A stretch of 64,000 nt of DNA from an uncultured Phycisphaerales bacterium (GCA_963758525.1 CAVWVQ010000003.1:576001-640000); one strand, 5' to 3'; counted from the stretch's first letter, positions 1 through 10,537 are shown. Made by a program: numbers and translations. The notes: generated by a model not told the origin, from the letters alone.

Positions 1-1923
1 CCGGTTGAAGCGGAGATAGAGTAACGGATACCGGCCGCGCGCGTTTCCGGCGTTTGCGACCGGCTCGACGAGCTGCCCGACGACAAAGAACATCATCCAG
101 ATTCCCAGACTGACTGCGCCCATGAAGATTGCCGTACGTCCCTTGCCAGATCTGTAGGAAGTAAAGCCAAGGCCGATTGCGAGGAGGGCCGTAATCAGCG
201 TCATCCAAATTGCGAATTGCTGGCCGCGGGGTGTGAGCCAGGGGAGGAACCAGGGAGCCATCCAATAGAAGATTGTGGGAATCACGCCGCTCATAATGGC
301 GCAGAAGAGGGCGACGCTGGCGAGCGTCGTGTTGGTGTGGTGGGCGCGAAACTTTGGAACCTCGACCGCCTGGCTGTCTCCGATCTTCACTTGAGGCGCT
401 GCCGCTCGCCATACCCAGCGGACAATCAAGACGTCGACGACAATGACGAGCGCGACCGCGAAGAGGATCGGAACGCGGCGATGGTCGGCGATAAAGTTCG
501 CGAATTCCGTCATGAGCGGCGGATGCACCTGCGGATTATCTGCATTGGAAGTGTTGGCGTAAAAGTCCGCGACGATGGTGGCAAGCTTGGAGATTAAGGC
601 CACAATCAGACCGTTCATCGCCAGCAGAGGGAAGATCAAACCATCGAACATTGCCAGCGCGCGTCCCCGAATCGCACCCGCCGATCGGCGGATCTGCGAC
701 AGAGCAATCCAGCCAAGGATCGTGGCGGCGAACAGAAGTCCGAAAGCAAACACTTGCGCCGCCTCGACCATCGCCATGCCGCGGCGGTCGTCATTCCGAA
801 CCGGACCGGTGATTGCCGGACCAAGCACCCCTATGGCGATGAACAGAAGAAGCAGCGCCGCCCCGACGATCGCCGTGCGCGAAAATCGCGCTCGGCCGAC
901 TCCCGGGCTGGCGTAATCCACCCCAACGCTTCCCATCACCGGCGGTCTGCTTGCAATCGTCTCGACCGCGGTTTTCATCATACTCGCCGCCGTATATCGC
1001 AGGCCCGGCTCGCGTTCCAGCGCCCGCAGCACTACTTCATCCAAACGCACATCCAGCACCAGTTTCCGGCTCGGCGGCTGGGCAGGGCGGGCCGGCAATT
1101 CACCGGTCAGCATCTGGTAGAAGACGACCCCCAATGCATAAATATCAGCGCGATGATCGACATTGCCAAAGCTCGCCTCCTGCTCCGGAGCCATGTATTG
1201 CGGCGTACCCACGATCTTCCCGGCCTCAGTCAGGGCGAGCCCGACGGTCGCGGAAGCTTGCGCGCCCGCCGGCTCCTCATGCCCGGTGATTTTCGCGAGG
1301 CCAAAGTCAGCAACCTTCACATTCCCGCGCCGGTCGAGCAGGATGTTTTCCGGCTTGATGTCGCGATGGACGATTCCCTTGTCGTGAGCGTACTGCAGCG
1401 CGTCGCAGACCTGCGGCACGATCGCCAGCGCCTCGCGCGGTGCGACTCTTCCGCCGTTCATCAGTTGTCGCAGATTGACCCCGTCGACATATTCCATCAG
1501 AAAGTAATAGAGACCGGTGCTGGTCCGGCCAAACTCGTAAAGCGTGACGACGTTTGGATGATTCAGTCGCGCCAGTGCCTTGGCTTCGCGGGCAAAGCGG
1601 TCGGCAAAGCCGGGATCCGCGGCAATGTCCGGCGGCAGCACTTTCAGCGCCACCACCCGGTCGAGTTGCGTCTGCAGCGCCTTGTAGACGGCTCCCATGC
1701 CGCCGCGACCCAGCAATTCCGTCACTTCCATGCCGGCAAACTGCCCAGCCAGATCCCCGGGCGTGGGTGGCTCCCATTGCCGCGCGGCAGCGCCATCAGT
1801 CGCTTCGAACCCCGCCGTCGGAGCTTCCATCCCGCGCTTGAGCAGGCAACGGACACACTGCCCCGTGGCCATGCCAGGAGTCAGCGGCCTTCCACAGGAT
1901 GAACAGAATGAGGCTTGCGGCAT
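1..1923 (-). CDS. Hanks-type Ser/Thr protein kinase with N-terminal Cys4 Zn-ribbon and C-terminal transmembrane region (runs off the window)
   Basis: Manual minus-strand translation from ATG 1923 (GGAGA RBS): CSSCG..CVRC, LGRGGMGAVY, VALK, HRDIKPEN, DFGLAK, GTPQYMAPE, then hydrophobic segments. Absent from the ORF track because the stop lies outside the window. Confidence 0.9.
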   Translation of the reverse strand, partial: MPQASFCSSCGRPLTPGMATGQCVRCLLKRGMEAPTAGFEATDGAAARQWEPPTPGDLAGQFAGMEVTELLGRGGMGAVYKALQTQLDRVVALKVLPPDIAADPGFADRFAREAKALARLNHPNVVTLYEFGRTSTGLYYFLMEYVDGVNLRQLMNGGRVAPREALAIVPQVCDALQYAHDKGIVHRDIKPENILLDRRGNVKVADFGLAKITGHEEPAGAQASATVGLALTEAGKIVGTPQYMAPEQEASFGNVDHRADIYALGVVFYQMLTGELPARPAQPPSRKLVLDVRLDEVVLRALEREPGLRYTAASMMKTAVETIASRPPVMGSVGVDYASPGVGRARFSRTAIVGAALLLLFIAIGVLGPAITGPVRNDDRRGMAMVEAAQVFAFGLLFAATILGWIALSQIRRSAGAIRGRALAMFDGLIFPLLAMNGLIVALISKLATIVADFYANTSNADNPQVHPPLMTEFANFIADHRRVPILFAVALVIVVDVLIVRWVWRAAAPQVKIGDSQAVEVPKFRAHHTNTTLASVALFCAIMSGVIPTIFYWMAPWFLPWLTPRGQQFAIWMTLITALLAIGLGFTSYRSGKGRTAIFMGAVSLGIWMMFFVVGQLVEPVANAGNARGRYPLLYLRFNR

Positions 1924-1977
1924 GCGGGCTTCTCCGTGTTGGTTTCCCGGCATGAAAGAAGCAAATCGCCGGAAAGC

Positions 1978-2715
1978 TTACAGCGAATTCAGAAGGTCCC
2001 GCAGTTCCTCGTCGACAAGGGATGGATCAGAAACGGTTTGCGCCACTTCTTGCCTCAGCAATTGACGGTAGCGTTTGCGCATGCGGTGCGCTGCAACCTG
2101 CAGCGCCCCCTCGGTTGTACCCAGCGCGCCCGCCAGCGTCGCGTAGCCCGATGTGATCTCGCCGGTCAGCGTTCCTTGAAGAGCGTCGAACAGGGATTTC
2201 TGATCGCGCCCGCGGTATTCGTCCTGGAGCCGGGCCACCACACGATTCAGAATAGTCACCGTCCACTTGCGGTTGAAGACCTGCTCGGGCGTCGCCGAGT
2301 CGATCGGTTCGAGGTGGTACCCAGACTCGGCCTCACTGGCGCTCAGGCTGAACGTCCTCACGTGGCCCCCGCGCTTTTGCGTGCGTTCCTTGTCTCGTTC
2401 ATTGGAGACGAAATGTTTCAGCGCCGCCAGGGCGAACGACCGGAACTTCCCCTTGGCTGAATCGACGGATCGAAGATCGTTTCGTTCGATCAGCCTGGCG
2501 AAGAACGCCTGCGTGAGATCCTCCGCCTGTTCCGGGGAGTGACCATTGCGACGAAGGTATGCATACAAAGGCGGCCAATAGACGCGCGCCAACTCCGCCA
2601 TCGCCGTGCCGTACCGGGAGCCGGCGGCGCCTTCTCCCGCGGCGGCGACAATGCTCCAACGCGTCTCGGCAAAGCCTTGGCGTGCGGCGCCCGATGATCG
2701 TTTCGTCCTCGTCAA
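1978..2715 (-). CDS. ECF sigma-70 factor of the kinase-associated type
   Basis: FAETRWSIV start motif, region 2 (YWPPLYAYLRR..AEDLTQAFF, GKFRSF) and region 4 HTH (LAGALGTTEGALQVAAHRMRKRY); directly upstream of the kinase. Confidence 0.85.
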   Translation of the reverse strand: MTRTKRSSGAARQGFAETRWSIVAAAGEGAAGSRYGTAMAELARVYWPPLYAYLRRNGHSPEQAEDLTQAFFARLIERNDLRSVDSAKGKFRSFALAALKHFVSNERDKERTQKRGGHVRTFSLSASEAESGYHLEPIDSATPEQVFNRKWTVTILNRVVARLQDEYRGRDQKSLFDALQGTLTGEITSGYATLAGALGTTEGALQVAAHRMRKRYRQLLRQEVAQTVSDPSLVDEELRDLLNSL

Positions 2716-2837
2716 GGACGACAGTTTACACTATTGATGGAATCGCGGTTGCCAGGTTTGCTGTACAGCGGTGCGCAGAGAAACGCGTCCGAGCGCGATC
2801 CGCCGCGCGGCGCGCTACACTTCGGGAGCCGGTGATT

Positions 2838-4019
2838 ATGGGTGCCGATTCAGACGACCCGTCCAGTCGCTCCATCTTCCATGTCGACATGGACGCGTTC
2901 TTCGCGTCCATCGAGCAGATGGATAATCCCAGCCTGCGCGGCAAGCCCGTCCTGGTCGGCTACGACGGACCGCGCGGAGTCGTTGCCGCCGCTTCTTACG
3001 AGGCGCGGCAGTTCGACTGCCACTCGGCAATGCCGATGGCGATTGCCAAACGACGATGCCCGCACGCTGTCATTGTTCCGGTTCGATTCTCCCGCTACCG
3101 GGAAATCTCCGGGCGGATGTTTGCGATCTTCGACGAGTTTTCCCCGCTGGTGGAACCGCTGAGCGTCGACGAGGCGTTTCTCGATCTGACCGGAACGCAA
3201 AAGCTGCTCGGCAAACCCGAAGATGTCGCACGGCGATTGAAAGAGCGGATCAGAAGCGCACTGGGCCTGACCGCGTCCATCGGCGTGGCGCCCAACAAGT
3301 TTCTCGCCAAACTCGCGTCAGACTTTAAAAAGCCCGACGGCCTGGTCGTCGTCCGGCCGGACCAGATCGATGCGCTGCTGGTCTCCCTGCCTGTGGACAA
3401 GCTCTGGGGGATCGGCCCGGTGACCGCCGCCAAACTGAAGGAAGTCGGCATTCACAAGATCGGCGATCTCCGCAAACGCTCCGCCGAAAGCGTCGAGCGG
3501 ATGTTCGGCCGCGACTCTGCCCGATTCTTGCGGCTGGCGCACGGAATCGATGATCGTCCCGTCGTCCCCGATCGGGAAGCCAAAAGCATCGGGCAGGAAC
3601 AGACATTCGGAGTTGACGCAGCCGTGCCCGACGATGTGCGGCGCGTGCTCTTTGAACAGGTCGAGCAGGTCGGCCAGCGACTTCGCAAGCATGGCCTTTG
3701 CGCCCGCACGGTCTCGCTCAAAATCCGCTACGGCGATTTTGAAACCATCACCAGATCGCTGACCTTGAAGGACGCCACCGACACCACCAGCGACCTCTGG
3801 AATGCCGCCAGCTCGCTCTTCGACAAATGGTGCCACAACGGCTTTCGCCCCGTCCGGCTGATCGGAGCCTCGGCGTCTCTACTGAGCCGCGGACCAGCAC
3901 AAATGAATCTCTTCGTCGATCCGCAACAAGAGCGCAAGAAGCAGCTGGACGGCGTGGCCGACCGGATCACCGCCAAGTTCGGAACCGGCGCGATTCGCCG
4001 CGGCGGAGGGCTCAGCTAA
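2838..4019 (+). CDS. dinB: DNA polymerase IV (Y-family)
   Basis: HVDMDAFFASIE, AASYEAR, SVDEAFLD, NKFLAKLASD..KPDG, LWGIG motifs and clamp-binding QMNLF; start set at ATG 2838. Confidence 0.95.
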   Translation: MGADSDDPSSRSIFHVDMDAFFASIEQMDNPSLRGKPVLVGYDGPRGVVAAASYEARQFDCHSAMPMAIAKRRCPHAVIVPVRFSRYREISGRMFAIFDEFSPLVEPLSVDEAFLDLTGTQKLLGKPEDVARRLKERIRSALGLTASIGVAPNKFLAKLASDFKKPDGLVVVRPDQIDALLVSLPVDKLWGIGPVTAAKLKEVGIHKIGDLRKRSAESVERMFGRDSARFLRLAHGIDDRPVVPDREAKSIGQEQTFGVDAAVPDDVRRVLFEQVEQVGQRLRKHGLCARTVSLKIRYGDFETITRSLTLKDATDTTSDLWNAASSLFDKWCHNGFRPVRLIGASASLLSRGPAQMNLFVDPQQERKKQLDGVADRITAKFGTGAIRRGGGLS

Positions 4020-4196
4020 AAGCCCATTTAGAATGCGGAGGCGGGGCTTACCTGTTGAATAGGAGTTTTCGCGATCACCGAGGAATTGCCAGAAGGTTGT
4101 TTTGCTTCCAAGCGACATCGCCCAAAGTTGTGTTTATGGCCGATGTTCGTACCATGCGTGGGCACTGTCTTTAAGAGCATGAAGGAAGGATCCGCG

Positions 4197-4448
4197 ATGT
4201 CAGAGCGCTGGTTACGATGCCTCGTTCGCAAGGGGATGTTCAGCGACGAGATGGTTGTGGTGATCAAGATCCTGTCGGGCGAGCCTGCCTCATTTTTCGT
4301 CCCACGGGAGTGGGTTACGGGGAAGGAAGGCCAGGAGGGGCAGGTGAAAGTTCGCGCATTTTCGGAACAGTCACGGGCTTGGGCGATCGTCCCCGACGAG
4401 AGCCAGACGATCCTGGCGGTGGATGAATCCCAGTTTGTCGCCGCATGA
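4197..4448 (+). CDS. Small beta-rich hypothetical protein coupled to dCTP deaminase
   Basis: 83 aa (MSERWLRCLVRKGMFSDEMVV...), AAGGAAGGA RBS; stop overlaps the dcd start (ATGA). Confidence 0.7.
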   Translation: MSERWLRCLVRKGMFSDEMVVVIKILSGEPASFFVPREWVTGKEGQEGQVKVRAFSEQSRAWAIVPDESQTILAVDESQFVAA

Positions 4449-5054
4449 TCCTCTCCAACGTCGATATCCACGATGCGCTGGATAAGGGGTGGCTGAAGAT
4501 CACTCCGGAACCGACCCCGCGCAAGCTGGGGGATTCGGCGGGAAAATGTCCATTTCAAACCAGCGCGGTCGATCTGCGGCTGGGGAGCGAGATCGCCTAT
4601 TTCAGGGAGGGCATCCCGGCGCAGATCGATCTCCGAAAGGGGGATTTCAACGCTCTCTTCGGGCCGATGTCCGAAACGCGGAATCTCACTGACGATCAGC
4701 CGTATGTTCTGCGCCCCAACAAGCTTGTCCTGGGAAAGACGCTGGAGAAAATCGAGCTGCCGTTGCTGCCAAGCGGCGTCCTCGCGGCCGCGTCGAAGGA
4801 AAAAGTCCCTCGCGGCCCGCGTCGAAGGAAAAAGCTCATATGCCCGCTGCGGCCTGCTGGTCCATTTCACTGCGCCGACGGTTCACGCCGGATTCTCCGG
4901 CACTATCACGCTCGAGCTGATTAACCTCGGTCCGCTGGATATCGCACTTTACCCGTCGATGCCGATCTGCCAGCTGATCATCGAGCAGGTATCGGGAATT
5001 CCTTTCCGCAACGACAGTCAATTCCAAAATCAGACGCGCCCCGGCGGGCGGTAA
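4445..5054 (+). CDS. dcd: dCTP deaminase (trimeric dUTPase-like fold), frame broken by a 28-nt tandem duplication
   Basis: MILSNVDI..SAVDLRLG..VLGKTLE in one frame and ARVEGKSSYARCGLLVHFTAPTVHAGFSGTITLEL..ICQL in another; duplicated segment at 4781-4808 versus 4809-4834. Confidence 0.85.
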
Positions 5055-5156
5055 CTCTGAGTGCATTCCCCTTGGCGGCCGTGTGCGCCGGTCGTGGCGT
5101 GGCGTCCGGCCGATCCTGTACAATTGGCACCATTCGCAACATGAAAGGATGACGCC

Positions 5157-6054
5157 ATGAGCGATGAAAACATGCTGACGCAAATCTCCGGGAAGCCCGG
5201 CTTCCTGGCGGCGCTGGACCAAAGCGGCGGATCGACGCCCGGCGCTCTGCGGCAATACGGCATTCCCGACAGCGCCTACAGCGGCGATGCCGAGATGTTC
5301 CAACGCATGCATGAAATGCGCAGTCCGCGTCATGACCGCGCCCTCCTTTCGCGGAGACAAAATTATCGGCGCGATTCTCTTCGAAGGCACCATGGACGGC
5401 CTGGCCAACGGGAAGCCGGTCCCGACCTATCTCTGGAAGGATCGCGGCGTCGTTCCTTTCCTCAAAGTCGACAAGGGTCTGGACGTGGAAAAGGACGGCG
5501 TGCGGCTCATGAAGCCGATGCCCACCCTCGACGCCCTGCTCGCTCGGGCCGTCGGGCTGGGTATCTTCGGCACCAAGATGCGCTCCGTCATCCATCTCCC
5601 GTCGACAACCGGGATTGCCGCGATCGTCGACCAACAGTTTGCCGCAGGCAGACAAATCATCAAACACGGGCTCGTGCCGATCCTGGAGCCCGAAGTCCTG
5701 ATCAACAGTCCGGGAAAGGCCGCCGCGGAAGCCATCCTGTTGGAACAACTGCATAAGGGGCTCGACGCTCTGCCGGTGGGACAGTCGGTGATGCTCAAAC
5801 TGACGATCCCCGAAACTCCCGACTTCTACGCGCCGCTGATCAGCCACGAGCGGGTGATCAGGGTCGTGGCCCTCTCCGGCGGCTACACCCTCGACGTTGC
5901 CTGCGAACGCCTCGCGAAGAATCACAACATGATCGCCAGCTTTTCCCGCGCCCTTCTGGACGGCCTGCGAAAGTCAATGAGCGATGCCGAGTTCGACGCC
6001 GAATTGGCGAGGGTCATCGACAAGATCTATCGAGCTTCCACTGTGAAGAGCTGA
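5157..6054 (+). CDS. Fructose-bisphosphate aldolase class I (+1 frameshift near 5322)
   Basis: GFLAALDQSGGSTP, GAILFE, VPFLKVDKGL, GTKMRSVI, VPILEPEV, VVALSGGY, IASFSRAL motifs split over two frames. Confidence 0.9.
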
Positions 6055-6062
6055 GATGGAGA

Positions 6063-6193
6063 CCCAACGGATGGCAATCCGTTGGCTTTCCCATTCCGTC
6101 CGTCGCGGCGCCGGGCGGTGCATTGAACCCGCCCGCGCTGGCGAACGCATTTTCCCGATTCCCAAAAAGCCAACGGATTGCCAATCCGTGGGG
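6063..6193. repeat. Inverted pair of palindromic units (CCCAACGGATGGCAATCCGTTGGCTTT family)
   Basis: Arms at 6063-6089 and 6166-6193; an exact reverse complement of the left arm is at 51002-51028. Confidence 0.85.
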
Positions 6194-6327
6194 CCTCTCT
6201 GGTCTTCCATTGCGATGCGATGGACCCATTGGATGACCACCCCCGTGTCATTGGATCACAGAAAACAAACGGAGCGGACTCCCCCTTTGACCGCAGTTCC
6301 GGCTGCCGGGGCTTTGGCGCCAATGGA

Positions 6328-6422
6328 CCTTTTAGCCGGTCTCGCTTGCGAGCCGTGCTCTGCTGTTTGGTGAGGACCGCGCAAAAAGAAACACCGGCTC
6401 GCAAGCGAGACCGGCTAAAAGG
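6328..6422. repeat. Perfect 28-bp inverted repeat (TTTAGCC-type palindromic element)
   Basis: CCTTTTAGCCGGTCTCGCTTGCGAGCCG (6328-6355) and its reverse complement (6395-6422). Confidence 0.9.
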
Positions 6423-6460
6423 GGACGGCGAACCGTTCCCGCGTCTCACTCCACCCTTCA

Positions 6461-6708
6461 CTCCGTCCCTTCGTCCCTTCGTCCCTTCGTCCCTTCGCCC
6501 CTCTGTCCCTCCGTCCCTATGTCCCTATCTCCCTTCGCCCCTCTGTCCCTCTGTCCCTCTGTCCCTCTGTCCCTCTGTCCCTCTGTCCCTCTGTCCCTCT
6601 GTCCCTCTGTCCCTCTGTCCCTCTGTCCCTCTGTCCCTCTGTCCCTCTGTCCCTCTGTCCCTCTGTCCCTCTGTCCCTCTGTCCCTCTGTCCCTTCGTCC
6701 CCTTGTCC
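6461..6708. repeat. 8-bp tandem repeat array, 31 in-phase units
   Basis: 19 perfect CTCTGTCC units (6541-6692) flanked by degenerate in-phase units (CTTCGTCC, CTCCGTCC, etc.). Confidence 0.97.
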
Positions 6709-6957
6709 CTTCCGCTCCTCAATCCACGACACCAATTCGTCAACATTATCCGTCCAGAGCAGAACGTCGTCCCCCTGGTACTCAGTCGCTTCGGCAATCT
6801 CGTATCGCCCCTCCTCCGCATCATCGTTAATGGTCAACCGGTAGATGACCGTCTGCCAGCCGAGGGCTGTTAATTCCCGGTGCCGGAACGGATCGATCAC
6901 GTATTCGTGCTCGCCGCCGTGGCTGGAGATGTGCCGCAGTGTTTCGTTGTCCACCAT
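6517..6957 (-). CDS. Small acidic hypothetical protein whose C-terminus reads through the 8-mer array
   Basis: MVDNETLRHISSHGGEHEYVIDPF..LVSWIEERKG looks protein-like and is followed by (GTEGQRDR)n; divergent from the 7037 gene. Confidence 0.5.
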   Translation of the reverse strand: MVDNETLRHISSHGGEHEYVIDPFRHRELTALGWQTVIYRLTINDDAEEGRYEIAEATEYQGDDVLLWTDNVDELVSWIEERKGQGDEGTEGQRDRGTEGQRDRGTEGQRDRGTEGQRDRGTEGQRDRGTEGQRDRGTEGRREIGT

Positions 6958-7036
6958 CGCCTGCAGGTCTCGGCGTTGTACCAGCAAATCGGCCCCACGA
7001 TCGAATGCCGAAGGTCGTCCTGATAGAATCGCGTTC

Positions 7037-7792
7037 ATGCCGATCGCGTGGAATATCACCGACGCCGAAGTCGCCAAAGTCAAGGCGTTTGTCGCTTCGC
7101 GCATGAACGACGGGCTGGTGAAGCATCGCATCAAATTCAATCTCACGAATCGGCCGACGTGCATTGACCGCGCCGACGTGTGGCACAACCAGATTTACTG
7201 CCTGATGTCGACGCAACAAAAGTCCGGGCCAGAAGCCTTCGTCACGAAGTTTGTGAACCTCGAGCCTTTTCCGTTGTCGCTTGAGAAATGTCGGGCGTCG
7301 TCTGACGTTCGCGAGCTGGTTGTCAGCGAGCTTACAAATTTTGGCGGCATCCGACGTGCGCCAACAATCGCTAGCGAAGCCAAAACAAACATCGAATGGT
7401 TTCACGACCAATGGTGGCCTGAAGTCGATGAAGTGCTACGCTCGCTCATCGGCGTTGACGATCCAAGGGCGGAACGCTTAGCTGCCCACTTCATCGACAA
7501 CGCGTTCAAAGGCTTCGGCCCAAAGCAAGCCAGGAACCTGCTACAAATGCTCGGGCTTACGCGCTACGAGATTCCGCTCGATAGCCGCGTCGCGAAATGG
7601 TTCAACGCCTTCGGCTTCGGCGTATCGATCGATGCGGCAGAGCTTCCTTGCATCGGTCCGTACGAACGATTGAGCGACAAGGTCATAGAGCTTTGCCGCC
7701 GCGCTGAAATTTATCCGTGCGTGCTGGACGCCGCCGCGTTTGCGAGCTTCGACGGCGACGGTTGGAATAGCGTTGACGGAATTATCGGGTAA
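7037..7792 (+). CDS. HhH-GPD superfamily DNA glycosylase-like protein
   Basis: FKGFGPKQARNLLQMLG (helix-hairpin-helix with Lys) followed by EIPLDSRV (catalytic Asp position), the layout seen in Ogg/Nth-type glycosylases. Confidence 0.6.
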   Translation: MPIAWNITDAEVAKVKAFVASRMNDGLVKHRIKFNLTNRPTCIDRADVWHNQIYCLMSTQQKSGPEAFVTKFVNLEPFPLSLEKCRASSDVRELVVSELTNFGGIRRAPTIASEAKTNIEWFHDQWWPEVDEVLRSLIGVDDPRAERLAAHFIDNAFKGFGPKQARNLLQMLGLTRYEIPLDSRVAKWFNAFGFGVSIDAAELPCIGPYERLSDKVIELCRRAEIYPCVLDAAAFASFDGDGWNSVDGIIG

Positions 7793-7990
7793 CGGCCGCG
7801 TCAGGAAATATGGGTCGGCCGCTCCAGACGTTGCTATCGCCGTCTCGAACGCCAGATCGGTACGCTTGAGCTACTCATGAAGTTTCAGCGGCAACCCGCT
7901 GCCGCGACTGACTCTCACCGGCGTACTTGGGGATAGGTTCAGCCCCGGATTGCTTAGCGCCTGGTCCAAGAGCAGTTACACTGCGGGGAG

Positions 7991-9973
7991 ATGCAACGGG
8001 CCTACTATCACGCCACAATCAGCGCCTTCCTAGAAACGAGCGACGACGTAGTTCTCGGCCAACTGGTGCGTAACTCGACTTTCAGCGTGGAGACGACGCA
8101 ACGGGATGCGTGGGTTGGGCAACTCCGAACTATGCGCGAGGTATTGCCCGAGTACCGAAATCGTGGATCGATCTATGTTGAGTACGCGATTCCGCGGCTT
8201 GGCAGGCGAGCAGACGTGATTGCATTGATTGATTCGGTGATTTTCGTGCTTGAATTCAAGGTAGGCGCACGCGCTTTTGCTGCTGGCGATGTCGATCAGG
8301 TCTATGACTATGCGCTCGATCTCAAGAATTTCCACGAAGCTAGCCATGGCTGCGTTATTGCGCCAGTGCTGATCGCGACTGCGGCGCGGCACGCTCAGTC
8401 AACCGTTGCAACCACACCATTCCAGGACGGTCTGCTTCAACCGATCATGAGCACGGTCGGCAGCCTCGGTGATGTAATTCGCAGTGTTCTCGACTTTTCC
8501 GATGCCGACAGGATTGATGTCACTGCGTGGGAACAGGGCCGATACTGCCCCACGCCAACGATTATAGAGGCGGCAACAGCCCTTTACGGCGGACACAAGG
8601 TCGAGGATATCTCAAAGAAGGACGCCGGGGCAGAGAACCTTGCTCTCACTTCCAACACGGTTGACGGCATCATTGAGTGGTCGAAGGCAAACGCGCGGAA
8701 GTCAATTTGCTTCGTTACGGGCGTGCCCGGAGCCGGCAAAACACTGGTTGGCTTAGATGTTGCAACGAGGCACATCGACGCGAAATCCGAACTTTATGCG
8801 GTTTTTCTGTCGGGCAATGGCCCGCTCGTAGCCGTGCTGCGCAAAGCGCTCGCGAAGGATAAGGTTCGACGGGAGAAGGAAAGAGGCAATCCATTCAAGA
8901 TCGGCGCCGCTCGTAGCGAGGTCAAGGCGTTTATCCAGAACGTACATAATTTCCGCGATGACTGTCTGGTCGATAAAAGCCGGGCGCCGATCGAGCATGT
9001 CGCTCTATTCGACGAGGCGCAGTGCGCTTGGAACTTGGAACAGACGGCCAAGTTCATGCTGCAGCAGAAAGAACTCGCCGACTTCGATATGTCCGAACCT
9101 GAGTTTTTAATTTCATGCCTTGATCGACATCCTGATTGGGCTGTGATTGTTTGCCTTGTTGGCGGCGGACAGGAGATCAACACCGGCGAAGCCGGGATCA
9201 GCGAATGGCTTGATTCCTTGATCCGGAGCTTTCCAAATTGGCAACTCCACATTTCCTCGCGCCTCACCGATGCCGAGTACGGCGCCGGGGAGTTGGTCGA
9301 ACGAGCCAAATCCCTGCCGAACGTCAGTTTTCGAGACGAGCTCCACCTTGGCGTGTCGATGCGATCGTTCCGGGCCGAGAATGTGTCGCTTCTCGTGAAG
9401 CAACTGCTCGATCTCGAAACTGATGCGGCAATAAAGACATTGCAGGAGCTACGCGATCGATATCCGATACTTCTGACGCGTGAACTCGGCAAGGCCAAAC
9501 AGTGGCTTCGGAGCAAGGCACGCGGCAATGAGCGGTACGGTCTCGTCGTTTCCTCACATGCTTATCGCCTGAAGCCGCACGCTATTGACGTGCGCCTTCA
9601 AGTTGACCCGGTTCACTGGTTTCTCGACGGTAAGGAGGACGTTCGATCCTCCTACTACCTCGAAGACGCCGCGACGGAGTATCGGGTTCAGGGGCTCGAA
9701 CTCGACTGGACTTGCGTGACCTGGGACGCGGATTTTCGATTGGGTGGCGCCGGGTGGGAGCATTGGTCGTTCGTCGGCGATCGCTGGAATCGCGTTCGAA
9801 AAGCCGAACGCCAAATGTATTTGAAGAACGCCTATCGCGTCCTGCTCACACGCGCCCGTCAAGGAATGGTCATTGTCGTGCCGAGTGGCGACGCAGACGA
9901 CCCGACACGCCAAGCCGAATACTATGACTACACGTTCGAGTATCTGAACCGGATCGGCTTTGACACCCTATAA
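7991..9973 (+). CDS. DUF2075 (Schlafen group 3-like) helicase with N-terminal PD-(D/E)XK-like domain
   Basis: [18 protein letters not shown] nuclease-like motif; Walker A GVPGAGKT; Walker [40 protein letters not shown]. Confidence 0.9.
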   Translation: MQRAYYHATISAFLETSDDVVLGQLVRNSTFSVETTQRDAWVGQLRTMREVLPEYRNRGSIYVEYAIPRLGRRADVIALIDSVIFVLEFKVGARAFAAGDVDQVYDYALDLKNFHEASHGCVIAPVLIATAARHAQSTVATTPFQDGLLQPIMSTVGSLGDVIRSVLDFSDADRIDVTAWEQGRYCPTPTIIEAATALYGGHKVEDISKKDAGAENLALTSNTVDGIIEWSKANARKSICFVTGVPGAGKTLVGLDVATRHIDAKSELYAVFLSGNGPLVAVLRKALAKDKVRREKERGNPFKIGAARSEVKAFIQNVHNFRDDCLVDKSRAPIEHVALFDEAQCAWNLEQTAKFMLQQKELADFDMSEPEFLISCLDRHPDWAVIVCLVGGGQEINTGEAGISEWLDSLIRSFPNWQLHISSRLTDAEYGAGELVERAKSLPNVSFRDELHLGVSMRSFRAENVSLLVKQLLDLETDAAIKTLQELRDRYPILLTRELGKAKQWLRSKARGNERYGLVVSSHAYRLKPHAIDVRLQVDPVHWFLDGKEDVRSSYYLEDAATEYRVQGLELDWTCVTWDADFRLGGAGWEHWSFVGDRWNRVRKAERQMYLKNAYRVLLTRARQGMVIVVPSGDADDPTRQAEYYDYTFEYLNRIGFDTL

Positions 9974-10041
9974 ATTTCATCGCTTGAACCGGGATGTTTG
10001 CAATTCGCTCTGTCCCGCCGTGGCCGGCACAGAGCTGGGTG

Positions 10042-10419
10042 ATGTCGAAGATCCGCAGGCGCGGGAACCGCTGGACTGAACTCGCGACGGTGGCGTTCTT
10101 CCGCAGACATCGGATCACTGGCTGGCGGCGGCATCAGGCGGTCTTCGGCAGGCCGGACTTTGTCTCTCCCAAAATTAAGCTGGCGGTCTTCGTCGACGGC
10201 TGCTTCTGGCACGCCTGCCCTTCCCACTCCAACATTCCCGTGCAGAATCGAAAGTTCTGGAAGTTGAAGTTGGATGCCAATCGAAGGCGTGACCGGCTGG
10301 TCCGCCGGACGCTCCAATCCCGCGGCTGGCGCGTGCTGCGGATCTGGGAACACGAGCTGTCGCGGCGGAACCACGGGCGCTTACTTGCGCGGGTGAAGCG
10401 AAGCATTGGTGAACGATGA
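10042..10419 (+). pseudogene. vsr: Vsr (very short patch repair) endonuclease, 5'-truncated copy 1
   Basis: GRPDF, VFVDGCFWHAC, FWKLKLDANRRRD, GWRVLRIWEHE; lacks the MPDVFTKEKRSE N-terminus present in copy 2. Confidence 0.8.
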
Positions 10420-10537
10420 TCGAAAGGCGCCAGCGGCGTTCTGCGTCGCGAAAGGTCTATCGGTGACGCGCCGCTCTTCACCTGCGTCACTCACCTGGGC
10501 GCGGTTGCGGTCGGGACGCCGATCTCCCATCTTCGTT

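Noticed and set aside
6461..6708. Possible CRISPR array
   Set aside because: Contiguous 8-nt units with no unique spacers and no cas genes in the window.
9011..9031. DUF2075 Walker B reads DEAQC where I would expect DEAQR, as a possible inactivating change
   Set aside because: A single C/T difference cannot be separated from sequencing error or natural variation without reads and an alignment.
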